The notes beneath the pieces were generated by a model. It ran no database searches. It worked only from the letters and a program-made list of their open reading frames with translations, and had not been told where the DNA came from. A program made the position numbers and the translations under genes. From Craspedostauros australis (taxonomy: Eukaryota), in NCBI GenBank assembly GCA_030167865.1, contig JALAGF010003490.1:1-44515 (forward strand): 44,515 nucleotides of DNA. The letters run 5' to 3'. Within the stretch, counting starts at the first letter, position 1. Each line of letters starts with the position of its first letter. Positions 35,137 to 44,515 of this stretch are shown here, piece after piece.

Positions 35137-35385
35137 TTGCAACAGTAAGAAAAGAACAAGGCCAAACTACGACGGAAACAACTGCAACACCAACAAAGGA
35201 GGAGAAGCAGACAGCTGGAACAGCAATACCATTGCTGCGAGTACCAATGCTCGTCGTTAACATAATCCATGTATCATCCCCTCTAACACTCTGTGGTGGT
35301 AATCCTCTACTGCTCTGGAATCTTGAGCACGGATCGTGACAGGATATTGCAGTCGTCAAGCAAGGGCTGTCCACAACCTCACTCT

Positions 35386-37419
35386 TCATAGGCCTGTCGC
35401 CGTTGCAATCCCCAACTTCTTCGCAATAGCATTTCTGTACTGATCCCACAACCTCGTGTCCTGCGCTAAGTCGCGAGGCGAGAGCGTTCGCGCGTCGCCG
35501 CGGACTGATACACCTTTCGTGGGGTTCTTGTAGTGGTGCACGTATAATTCAGTGTCGGCATCTGCTGGCCTCGTCTGGCCAGAGTGGTATATCCAGTGAA
35601 CACCAATCTGAAAGGCGTTCTTGAGGCGGAAGAACAGCTTCGTGCGATGCCATCCATGGGCTTCCCCTCCTCCAGCCTTGCGCCACGTATAATCCAACAA
35701 CATTGGCTGCGGCCCCTTCGCACGCTCACGACTGGGATGCTTGCCGTACGGTATTGATTTCATCTTGATCGCGCCAACCTTCTTTTCCGTCTTCACTTTA
35801 TCCAAGAACTCGTGCAGCCTGTATGACGCTTCTTTGTTGGAAAGAGAACTGTTCTTTGTAATAGACGCATTTGCATTGGACGACATCGTCGCGTTCTCTT
35901 TGTAGGTCACGTGGACGAACTCATCCATATCAGTCGACAGCATCCATTCGGCCTTCATTCTCTTGAGACGGTACAAGCAGGTTTGCATCATCGGCTGCTG
36001 CCAAAAGTGGTTGATCCACAGCTTCATCCTCGGGTCGTGCATCGACTGGTGCACGGACCATCTGTGATTGTGTGGCACGTAGGTGAGGTTGGGATGGCGG
36101 AACAATCTCGTTGCGTTGAACGGTTCGGCCACGAATAAGAAGATATGATCGATGCCGATCATGCTGTGGTACGTGACCCATTCGGGAAGGATCCTGTTGG
36201 TCTCTTCGCCGAAGTAGAAGGCACATGCTGCCACCTTGATGGGACCTTTGGCTGGTTCTTCCTGCCTGTCCAGTTTGTCGCATTCCAACGATGGACGCAC
36301 ATCGTACACAACCTGGTCACGAGGCTGAATGTTGAGATCCTTTGGATCGCTCGCGTTGTAGGTGTGGTTGAACCGAAGGTGTGCGGGAGGTACGTGCGCT
36401 GCTGCAGCCCCGATCAGGTCGAGCAATACGGGTCCAGATGTCGAAGAATTGGAACTGGCGGCAGGCGATCCCAACGAACGCAGCGGGCACTTAATGAGCA
36501 AGGAGACGGTTGACCTGTGGGGCATGAATTCACCGACCGTGAGGATCGTACCATCCTTGCTTTGTGCTGCGTCGCTGGGACTGACTGTCTCCGGCAACGT
36601 GTCACCGTAGAGACAGAACCAGGGCTTCCTTTGGAATTCGAGATGTTGCTGTTTGTTGATGAACCGCACATGATCGCAGGTGAAGATGAGGGTGGCCGTG
36701 TCGCCATCAACGACAGCGTTGAAGAATATCGGATGCATCGATCTGACCCAGACGGGAATATGATGCAGATTGGCGTTGTCGTCATATTCGATGCGACACT
36801 TGGTTGCTGGAGTCAGCAATTCGTGTTCTTCAAGAGCTGCAGGCTGCGTTACGACGATGTTCGTGTCTGCCGGAGGGATGGTTGCAACGGCGCTCGCACC
36901 AGCACCAACAGTGTTGCTCAACTCATTTCCTCCTCCTTTCTCCGCGCTCCCTGTGGCATTATTTGGGGAGTGAGCAAGCAAATGGAGCGGCTGGTGTCCT
37001 GAAGCATCCTGCATGTTAATATCTGAAGCTGTTTCCTGCTCGGCAATCTTGGATTGAGCTACGGCATCTCCGATATCCCTGACCATCTCACCATTCTGCC
37101 CATCAGGAGCAGCCCCACCATCCTGCTTCGCAGGTGCGGACATGCTTTCAGGGTCCTCCGATATTTGCTTGTGTGCAGATTGCAGCTGGAATTCGGACAC
37201 GACCGTCGCAGGAATCCAGTTGCCTATGATCTGAAAGACGACCATGAGGAGGAATCCGATCAGTATCTGAGTGGTCCGTTGGCATTTTGTGAAGAATATC
37301 TGGCTTCGATCGTCTCTGCTTTTTCGTTTCTTTTTCGTCTTCTTCGGCACATCTCTGCGTTGTTTTGAGTCCGCCTCTGCGGGTGCGTTCTTCTTCGCCT
37401 CGGATGTTTGTGCGCCCAT
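35386..37419 (-). CDS. Type II membrane glycosyltransferase, GT92/DUF23-like
   Basis: Basic N-terminus, a single TM segment (ILIGFLLMVVFQIIG), a stem region, then EWVTYHSMIGIDHIFLF, QTCLYR, EWMLSTDMDEF (DXD), GVH and HHY motifs. Confidence 0.8.
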   Translation of the reverse strand: MGAQTSEAKKNAPAEADSKQRRDVPKKTKKKRKSRDDRSQIFFTKCQRTTQILIGFLLMVVFQIIGNWIPATVVSEFQLQSAHKQISEDPESMSAPAKQDGGAAPDGQNGEMVRDIGDAVAQSKIAEQETASDINMQDASGHQPLHLLAHSPNNATGSAEKGGGNELSNTVGAGASAVATIPPADTNIVVTQPAALEEHELLTPATKCRIEYDDNANLHHIPVWVRSMHPIFFNAVVDGDTATLIFTCDHVRFINKQQHLEFQRKPWFCLYGDTLPETVSPSDAAQSKDGTILTVGEFMPHRSTVSLLIKCPLRSLGSPAASSNSSTSGPVLLDLIGAAAAHVPPAHLRFNHTYNASDPKDLNIQPRDQVVYDVRPSLECDKLDRQEEPAKGPIKVAACAFYFGEETNRILPEWVTYHSMIGIDHIFLFVAEPFNATRLFRHPNLTYVPHNHRWSVHQSMHDPRMKLWINHFWQQPMMQTCLYRLKRMKAEWMLSTDMDEFVHVTYKENATMSSNANASITKNSSLSNKEASYRLHEFLDKVKTEKKVGAIKMKSIPYGKHPSRERAKGPQPMLLDYTWRKAGGGEAHGWHRTKLFFRLKNAFQIGVHWIYHSGQTRPADADTELYVHHYKNPTKGVSVRGDARTLSPRDLAQDTRLWDQYRNAIAKKLGIATATGL

Positions 37420-37867
37420 GATGGGCAGGTTGGCGAGAGGTTCTGTGGTTTGGTTTGTGTGATATGATAGGTGCGAGTATTATACAATAATAGGTACTCG
37501 AGGGAAGCCTGTGTGGACACGATGCGGCCCACTCAACGGATGACCAGCGATCGGTTTCGTTTCCTCTGGCGTTGTGCTGCTCAGCCAGCTAGCGTGCTGC
37601 TGACGCGGGGATTCAGATGCTTCCACTCTTGTCGTTACAGTTGTCGCCAACCTTCGCCCTGGATCCTGCGCTCCAACTGTATTTGTCCATGTATCCCAAC
37701 CGCTTGTGATCTCATCGTCGACAACGAAATGAGCGTTACAAGGGAGCAAACCAGACCAATGATCTGGGCCATTTCTTCGGAAGACATCAGCTGTTTCTCC
37801 ACGAAACTTCGTTGTGCTTGGGTGAGTTTGTTATTGTACTATATTTCTTAGATCCCTCCCAGCAAGC

Positions 37868-37939
37868 GTCTCCTTGGTCTAGAGGTATGATTTCTGCTTT
37901 GGGTGCAGAAGGTCCCGGGTTCGATTCCCGGAGGGGACC
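37868..37939 (+). tRNA. tRNA-Pro (anticodon UGG), intronless
   Basis: Cloverleaf: acceptor GTCTCCT/AGGGGAC, D arm TGGTCTAGAGGTATGA, anticodon stem TCTGC/GCAGA with loop TT-TGG-GT, T arm CCGGG-TTCGATT-CCCGG. A T-rich Pol III terminator-like tract (ttctttt) follows. Confidence 0.95.
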
Positions 37940-38197
37940 CTTCTTTTGTTGGTGGCGACGACCACCGAACACGCCTCGAACTGTTGTGGTGATGGTCTCT
38001 GACCACGCCATTTTGTCCCCTGTCCGCTCTTTGCGTTCCTTCACAGGAGCCGGTACTCGATTGGTGTCTGGCAGAGGCTCTTTCTTTTTGTCTATTCAAA
38101 TACAGAGTTCAATGCGGATCCCTGTCCAGTTTGGTTGGCCGAACGACTGGGATACTCTAATTCTGCTGTTCTATTATATAATATTATTTGCAACGAT

Positions 38198-40084
38198 TCA
38201 ATCATCCTGACGATAGACCTGCCCATCGAAGCCTACTCTCGTGCTGCGCACGCTCGCTCGTCTCTGCAATCCTGGCGAGAGCACAGCGTTGCTGCGGCCG
38301 CTACCATTGCGTGACGATCGCATCAGGGAGCGCCGCAGAGCGCTGTCGTGGAGGTTGGATTCTTGCGGAAGCTTCGGCGGCGATGCCGTTTGCGACGGCG
38401 TCATGGAGGCCACGGAGGAGGTTGGCGACTGCGGCGGTGTGACGGAGTTCATTGATATTGACGATATGGATGATGACATGGAAACCGTATTGGTGGGCAG
38501 CGAAGTGTGATTCTCATTCTGGTTGCTGCTGGCAGGAGCCGCCATTGCGCTGTTGCGAGATCGGATCTGCGCTTTCGTTCCCGCCAGTCTACCGTTTATT
38601 CTCAGCGCTTCGATATTGGCGCTGCCGGTCGAATGTCTTGCGGTCTGCGCCGGCTTATTGCTTTCCGCGAACGGAGGCGCCAACTTGGTCGACGCCGCTG
38701 GTTGAAGAGGCATCTTGAAACCGGCTTCCGGCGATGACACGATCGCCGCCGTCCCCAGCATCGTCGCTCGTTTCGCTGCAATTGCGCGCCGCTTGATCTC
38801 GAACGATCTTGCCTTGTACTTGTATGTCGTCTGTCGCGGCGAACCCGGCTGCTTGGTTTCTTTTGCAGGGGCCGTGGGCTTTTTCTCGTTGCTCTGCGGT
38901 TGCTCGTCATTTGCGGCTTGTTGCGGAGAGTCCGGAGCAGTCGTGGATGATCGTTCCTGCAGGATGCGTTTCGACAACGACCTGCTTCTTTGCGATGCAT
39001 CTCGCACGGCCGATGCAGAATTGCTGGCGGTGGAGCTGTTTCGCTTGAGATTGAGCTTTCGGGCTGGCGACGATTTTCCATTCCACTTTTGCGATTGAAG
39101 CTTGAGACCCATTGGTATCGTTCCCGGCTGAACGATGGCGTTGGCGTCTTCCGAATAGTCCGGCACCGAATCGCCATGATTGCCATCGTCGTTGCCATTC
39201 TCGTTGGTTTTGGTGTCGCCATTGGTCAAAGCAGCAGCATCGTTGACTCCGCTTGCACTCGTCTTTCCAGTTTTATGAATTGGTTGGACAGCGGCGGCAA
39301 CGGCGATTGGTTTGGATGCACGCACGTTGGTGCGGCAAGCCTCAAGACAAGAGCACGGGATCTTTCCCGCAATGAAGATTTCCACGTTGCGACCAAGGTT
39401 TTGCAGGGGCTTCTGAAAGTGTCGAATGATGTCGTACGATGCATTCTCCGCGGCGGCGACTGTGGCATGAATATTCGCGGAGGGTTGCTGTGTTGCATCG
39501 TTGTTGTTGTTGTCACCAGACCGATTGGTATCATCGTTGCCTTCGCTGCTGTTGTTGTTCTCGTTGGTTCGATTGTTGCCTGCACCATTCTGAGCCTCTC
39601 CAACCTCCTTGCTCGCATTCCTTGCCTTTTCATGTTCATGAAGCATCCTCATGAGCGTGCCGGGCGGATGGTAATGCTCGACGAGCAGATGGGCAAAGTT
39701 GACGGAGGACGGACAGTTGATGCACGCCTGTACGAGGATGCCCAATTCGCTGACGCAATACGCGCTGGAGGATTGACCGTTGAGGAGGCAGTTGGTTGCG
39801 AGGGACCAGCACAGCTTGACCATGTTGGCATCGAAGAGGTCCGCCGTGTTGGCTTTGTTGTGACGTGGCGCCAGCAGCACGAATCTCGCCAAGGAGGCGC
39901 AATGCAGCGTCCACCGCTCCGCGTGATTGTCACCGACGAAGGGACGGCCGGGCTTGAGGCTGACTCGGGACTGGATGACCTCATCGTCCTTCTGCATGAA
40001 CTGAATGAACTCCTCGAGCAGATCGCATCGCCTGTTGGTGCTGTCGTCGGATTCGACGCCGAAGCCGTGCCGACAGAACGACAT
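38198..40084 (-). CDS. Hypothetical protein: N-terminal CxHG...IPCSCL helical domain plus long disordered Ser/Ala/Pro-rich tail
   Basis: 628-aa ORF. The N-terminal FCRHG and FIAGKIPCSCL motifs resemble a diatom family usually followed by a MYND finger (from recall, not searched). An upstream exon is possible. Confidence 0.7.
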   Translation of the reverse strand: MSFCRHGFGVESDDSTNRRCDLLEEFIQFMQKDDEVIQSRVSLKPGRPFVGDNHAERWTLHCASLARFVLLAPRHNKANTADLFDANMVKLCWSLATNCLLNGQSSSAYCVSELGILVQACINCPSSVNFAHLLVEHYHPPGTLMRMLHEHEKARNASKEVGEAQNGAGNNRTNENNNSSEGNDDTNRSGDNNNNDATQQPSANIHATVAAAENASYDIIRHFQKPLQNLGRNVEIFIAGKIPCSCLEACRTNVRASKPIAVAAAVQPIHKTGKTSASGVNDAAALTNGDTKTNENGNDDGNHGDSVPDYSEDANAIVQPGTIPMGLKLQSQKWNGKSSPARKLNLKRNSSTASNSASAVRDASQRSRSLSKRILQERSSTTAPDSPQQAANDEQPQSNEKKPTAPAKETKQPGSPRQTTYKYKARSFEIKRRAIAAKRATMLGTAAIVSSPEAGFKMPLQPAASTKLAPPFAESNKPAQTARHSTGSANIEALRINGRLAGTKAQIRSRNSAMAAPASSNQNENHTSLPTNTVSMSSSISSISMNSVTPPQSPTSSVASMTPSQTASPPKLPQESNLHDSALRRSLMRSSRNGSGRSNAVLSPGLQRRASVRSTRVGFDGQVYRQDD

Positions 40085-41794
40085 TCTCGTCGCTGATGGT
40101 CGTCACTGATGGTCGTCACTGAGGGTCGTTTGAGAGGGGAAGGACCAGCAATGGTTGCCTGCAGTGAGACTCTGCTATACTCGTGGAGTAGAGTACAAGG
40201 CTGCAACTTGAGACAGCGGATTCGTGAAGGTGTGCTTGCGTTGGTTAGAACACCGATGCACCAACATGTATGGCTTGCACATGCGGTTGATAGAGAGAGT
40301 TGATACGGAGGCCCTTGGTGCGTAGAAGCGCTTGGCCTTCTTCTCAAGGGCACCGATGGGGAAGACAACGAAGGGCGACGTTGCGCTGCTCTTTCGCCCT
40401 CCTGTTGCCGCTGATGGCTCTGTCTATTGCACTCGTATGCCTACCAGTATCGCTGGCCTCCTTGCTCGCAATCCACAGAGGTTCTTCTCCCAGATGCTCC
40501 AGTGCTGGTTTCAAGAATGCTTGCGCCTCTTCGGACCGCGCGTTCCCGCCTTCTCTCTGCGGTGGCACGATCTACGGCGCAATAGGTTGTAGGTCGTAGG
40601 TTGTACGAGGAGCTTTCTTGCTTGCTGCGTTGCTCTGTCAAGACAGCGCGGATGTTTGCTTGGTCGTCAGCCTCTGCTTTCACGTTTCACGGTTCATTGG
40701 CGACGCTGTGATGGTTCCGAGCCACAGGTCGTATTGTGCCATGCGAGCTACGAGTCGTTCGATGAACAGCGATGATCTGCGAATGCAATTGAGGAAGACT
40801 CCAGCGCCCTCCTCCGACTTGAGCTGCTTCAACGCTCCACGGTCTCATGTAACGCTCCGCAACGACAACAATGGCGCAAACAGGGCTTGTCCAGAGCGTC
40901 ACATGTTCAACGCTCCCCATTCATTCGTGACAAGGAAACAAAACGAGGAAAATTGGCGAACATACACGGGAATGTAATTCGTGACTCAGGATGCCTCCGA
41001 CAACGAAATGGTGACGAGAATCCTCCACCAACTTCACAGAACATCCAGTACCAGTTGTGATGGTGCGGTTCTTTGGAAACCATTCTCTCATCTCTCCCCG
41101 CTCATCCGCGGTGGTGACCACTTGATCACTCAATCACTTGACCACCTGACTATGGTACCATGGGTCGCACCGCACCAATTGCCTCCACCAACACTGGCGT
41201 GACCGTGTCTGCGCCGCATGCACCAACCTCACCATCCGGTCATGATCGTCTCATGACAGCGCGGGAGGATGATTGCAGAAGTGACAGAAGCTCCATTCAG
41301 AGAGCAGCGTCAAGACTGATGCGTGATCGTTGGCGCACATGTCTGGCTCAGGAAGAAGATCGTCAACCTTCTTCCCGCGCCCATCACTGAGATGGATTGT
41401 GGAAATGCAAAAAAGCAATTAAAAGTGTTTAAAATGCATCACGCCAATACTGCTCTACTCTGCGACAGCTGCCTGCCATCTACGGAGCCACCGCATCGAA
41501 GAAAAGTGGACCATCCATGTAAAATGATGTCAAGCTTGCATGGAGGACGTTGCCAATTCTCTCTTGATATGCAATCCCCAACATCAACACCAACACCACC
41601 ATTGTATAATACTCGTAAAAATTCACTCAAACTTCGACCAAAACCCCCGCAACCCAAGTATGACCTCACACTTGCGTCGCCCTTGTTTGCTCCTGGTGCA
41701 CCTTCGTGGTTGGGAGCACCTTGTCGCTTCGATCTGATTCAGCCAAGATACTGTGGGACGACTTGTCGTTTGGGTCCGCTTCAGTCGGGCTGCG

Positions 41795-43096
41795 CTAAGG
41801 TGACTCCCTCTTTCGCTTCAATTGGCGAAGACTGCTTTGGATCTTCTTGGTGATTTCGTCATCATTCATCTCCGTGTAAATTATGGTCTCCTTGAGGAAA
41901 CGACCTCCTCTCGATTTGATCTCGTCCTTGACCTGCTTCACGATGGTCTTGTGTTCGGGCCGTGTCTCGGCATGCTTCCAATAGTCTGTGTACATGTCTT
42001 TCACGAAGCACATATATTTCTTGTTGCCGTCCCAATTGTTGCTCTTGCCCCCGGGACCTGGAATGATGTCGCTCTTTGTAATTTGCGTTTTGAGCATCCA
42101 CGTTGTGGGGCTCCCGATCAAGGATACGAGCCTATCCATTTGATGTTGGAGCATGTCAGGAGCAGCATCGTCACTACGATCGCCACTACGATCGCCACTA
42201 CAATCGCCACTGTGACTGTCCACCGCATCAGCCTTGGTTCCTGCGTCTCGTTGCTCTTGCATCGCCTGTGTGCGTGGGGACGCGGTCTGTTGAGCTCCTT
42301 GATCTTCTGAACTGCCGAAGTTGACCATGACGACATCCGGGACTTCCGGGAATATGGCCGTCGTGAACTCTGGGAAGTTCAGAGGTGCTGAGCTGGGATC
42401 GGAGAGTCCACCCAACTCTGGTGATCCTTCGCAAAATGAGATGGTTCTATTCCGTTTCTTGCTGTTGTCGTTGTTGACATGTGACTGTGTTGCGAAGTAT
42501 CCTGGATGCTGGGTGGCGCACGCAGTGGAGTTCGGGACCGTGCCCACTTGGGGGCTGCTCGCAATAGCGCCCGGGAATGTGACATCAAAGCTTGCTGTTT
42601 GTGTCAACGCATCGCCCGGCACCGGGTCCTTGGAATCCAAAGAGCACGTTCGGATGACATTTGCTGGTGCGACTGCGGTTGGCGCCACTCTGACACTTGC
42701 CGCTTTGGGGGACTGGGGAATGAAGGATGGTGGTGACGGAGGAAGGCAGTTCAATGCGTCAGCATGAACTTCCTCGAATTGTTCCTTGGGGCCGCCTTGG
42801 CTGGATGGCACTTGAACAACGCTGGCAGTCGGTTCGAATGCATCATCAGCGCTGTTGTGGTGAATGCTGTTGGTGTCGCTGCGGTAGATACCGGTCTCGA
42901 ATGCGTCGCCTTGAACATGTGGGAAAGCTGTGTTGTCGTTTTCACCATGCTCGTGGACGATGTGGAAGCCTCTTCCCCCAAATGCTGGTGGGTCCGATGC
43001 TTTTGTCTGACCGAAGATCATGGCGTCTTCGTCGTCGCAGTCGGTGTGGCAGTTGTTGCGACAAGAGATCCAGGTTGCTACTTCTGCTGGTTCCAT
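41795..43096 (-). CDS. Hypothetical protein with a C-terminal DUF6824-like domain
   Basis: 433-aa ORF. The C-terminus SDIIPGPGGKSNNWDGNKKY..Y..K..IVKQVKDEIKSRGGRFLK...KKIQSSLRQ matches the diatom-expanded DUF6824 pattern (DVLxGRG...GN..Y...GGRFL...KxSQxLR). The N-terminus is low-complexity. Confidence 0.75.
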   Translation of the reverse strand: MEPAEVATWISCRNNCHTDCDDEDAMIFGQTKASDPPAFGGRGFHIVHEHGENDNTAFPHVQGDAFETGIYRSDTNSIHHNSADDAFEPTASVVQVPSSQGGPKEQFEEVHADALNCLPPSPPSFIPQSPKAASVRVAPTAVAPANVIRTCSLDSKDPVPGDALTQTASFDVTFPGAIASSPQVGTVPNSTACATQHPGYFATQSHVNNDNSKKRNRTISFCEGSPELGGLSDPSSAPLNFPEFTTAIFPEVPDVVMVNFGSSEDQGAQQTASPRTQAMQEQRDAGTKADAVDSHSGDCSGDRSGDRSDDAAPDMLQHQMDRLVSLIGSPTTWMLKTQITKSDIIPGPGGKSNNWDGNKKYMCFVKDMYTDYWKHAETRPEHKTIVKQVKDEIKSRGGRFLKETIIYTEMNDDEITKKIQSSLRQLKRKRESP

Positions 43097-44515
43097 AGTG
43101 ATGCTGATGAGAACGATGATGATATTGATGATAAAGCACGGGCTTTCGATTTTATGTGATCATCGAAGAGCAATCGTCGCCAGTCTGCAGTTCGAGCCGC
43201 CTTGCCTATGGATTGGAGTACGCCTCATGTTTGCCAAACAAAACATTGACCGTGTTCAGATGTCAGAATCATCAAGTCTCGGAACAATGCGAGCGACTGT
43301 GCATCACCAAACGTCGGTCTCCTACGCTGATTGTGTGGTTCATTGGTCGCATGCCCCATCAACCCATCAACAGATTTATTCTTGTCCGGCTCATGCCGTT
43401 CTGCAGTTCCCACAGAAATGCAAATGCAAATGCAAATACAAGAGAACAGGTCTCCTCCATCATACTCGTCCTGTGCAACGAATGTCCGAACACGACCATG
43501 GCACACATCATCCAAGGAACATCCCGCATCCAGTGGAGTACGTACACACGCGCGTGCGGGAGTCTGCGGAATTGCAAACACGGTGATCTTCTGTGCCGCC
43601 GATTGTGCATGCACGTTACGCACACGCTGTGATGTGTTCAGCTCCTCTGCGCGTGGCGCCAAAGCTTCGGCTCTGTTGCTGGTACTTCCCGACACGGATC
43701 GAGAGATGATAGCCCACGCGTCACTCCGGCTTCTTTCCGTGTTGCGGATCTTCTCTTGTTCTTCCGTGCCTGCGTTTTGTTCTGACGCCATCTTTGTTCT
43801 CATTTGACATTTTGACAGGCAAGAATTGTTCTTGTGTTCTGATCAGTTGTGGGAACCGGATCCAAGAAGATCCCACTGTTCGCGGATGGCCAGTCCGAGA
43901 TTCGATTCCGCAGATCGCAGACGAAGAAATGATAGAATTTGGTGGTCGCACCTCTCTCCGGAGAGACAGAGAGAGGGAGAAACAAAAGAACACCATGGGA
44001 GCAGCGACCATCGCGTAATAGCCGCAGCATGAGCGCAGCTGCCATCAAGGCGAGCATCTCATGTCCGAAGCGCTGACGGAAGTCCTCTGGAGTCAAGTCA
44101 GGCCATCTCTTCGGGTGTGAAGTTGTCATGCTGTGTTGTTGGATGGCCTGAATTTATAAAACATTGAATCTCCAAATGCAACGATGGCGCACAGAAATGA
44201 TGGGAGTCTCCATCACTTTTCCAGTTCCATTTCACAGACTGCTATTCGTATGACCCGGTTACTCTAGTGCCTCGAAGAGCTGGCTGTAGCCAAACAAATT
44301 GGCGATGTTTGGCGATGTTTGGATCACAGAAACTGCTCTGTAGAATGTAGTACATTTTTCACGTAAGTCCCGAACAAAAAAAGGCTAAAAACAGCATCAA
44401 CCAAAGTTAAACTCTCCGGACTTAGCTCGTGTGCGTGTTACTGTACTCGTCTTTCTATTGTAGCATCATATGGCGTTTATATATACAATACTAAAGTTTG
44501 GTGTCTGTTGCTCTC

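Noticed and set aside
40600-41790. Gene or pseudogene between the two 3' hypothetical proteins
   Set aside because: Only short ORFs with no recognisable motif or consistent splice pattern; this cannot be supported without a homology search.
44290-44515. Transposon terminus at the AT-richer window end (GGCGATGTTT twice)
   Set aside because: There is no convincing terminal inverted repeat, target-site duplication or transposase sequence.

Overview
Eukaryotic nuclear DNA, most likely from a diatom. This is inferred from the GT-AG introns, an ASAFAP-type bipartite plastid presequence and diatom-type DUF6824 and CxHG/IPCxC proteins. The window is gene-dense and mostly housekeeping. In order it encodes a GT32/DXD glycosyltransferase, SEC31 (3 exons, with an embedded WW domain), an ankyrin-repeat protein, an ISWI-family remodeler flanked by two HMG boxes (3 exons), a low-complexity hypothetical protein, SSU72, an ABHD17-like hydrolase, a NIT1-like amidase, malonyl-CoA decarboxylase ending in SKL, RPS24, a plastid-targeted zinc-free MsrB, a NADAR/YbiA gene with a 1-nt frameshift, a GT92-like glycosyltransferase, tRNA-Pro(UGG) and two diatom-type hypothetical proteins. 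I saw no transposon, CRISPR array or rRNA. The most notable observations are the dual-HMG ISWI, the WW-containing Sec31, the frameshifted NADAR, dual-targeting signals on the decarboxylase and a run of damage-repair genes in two head-to-head pairs. Exon boundaries were reconstructed by eye and no database searches were run.
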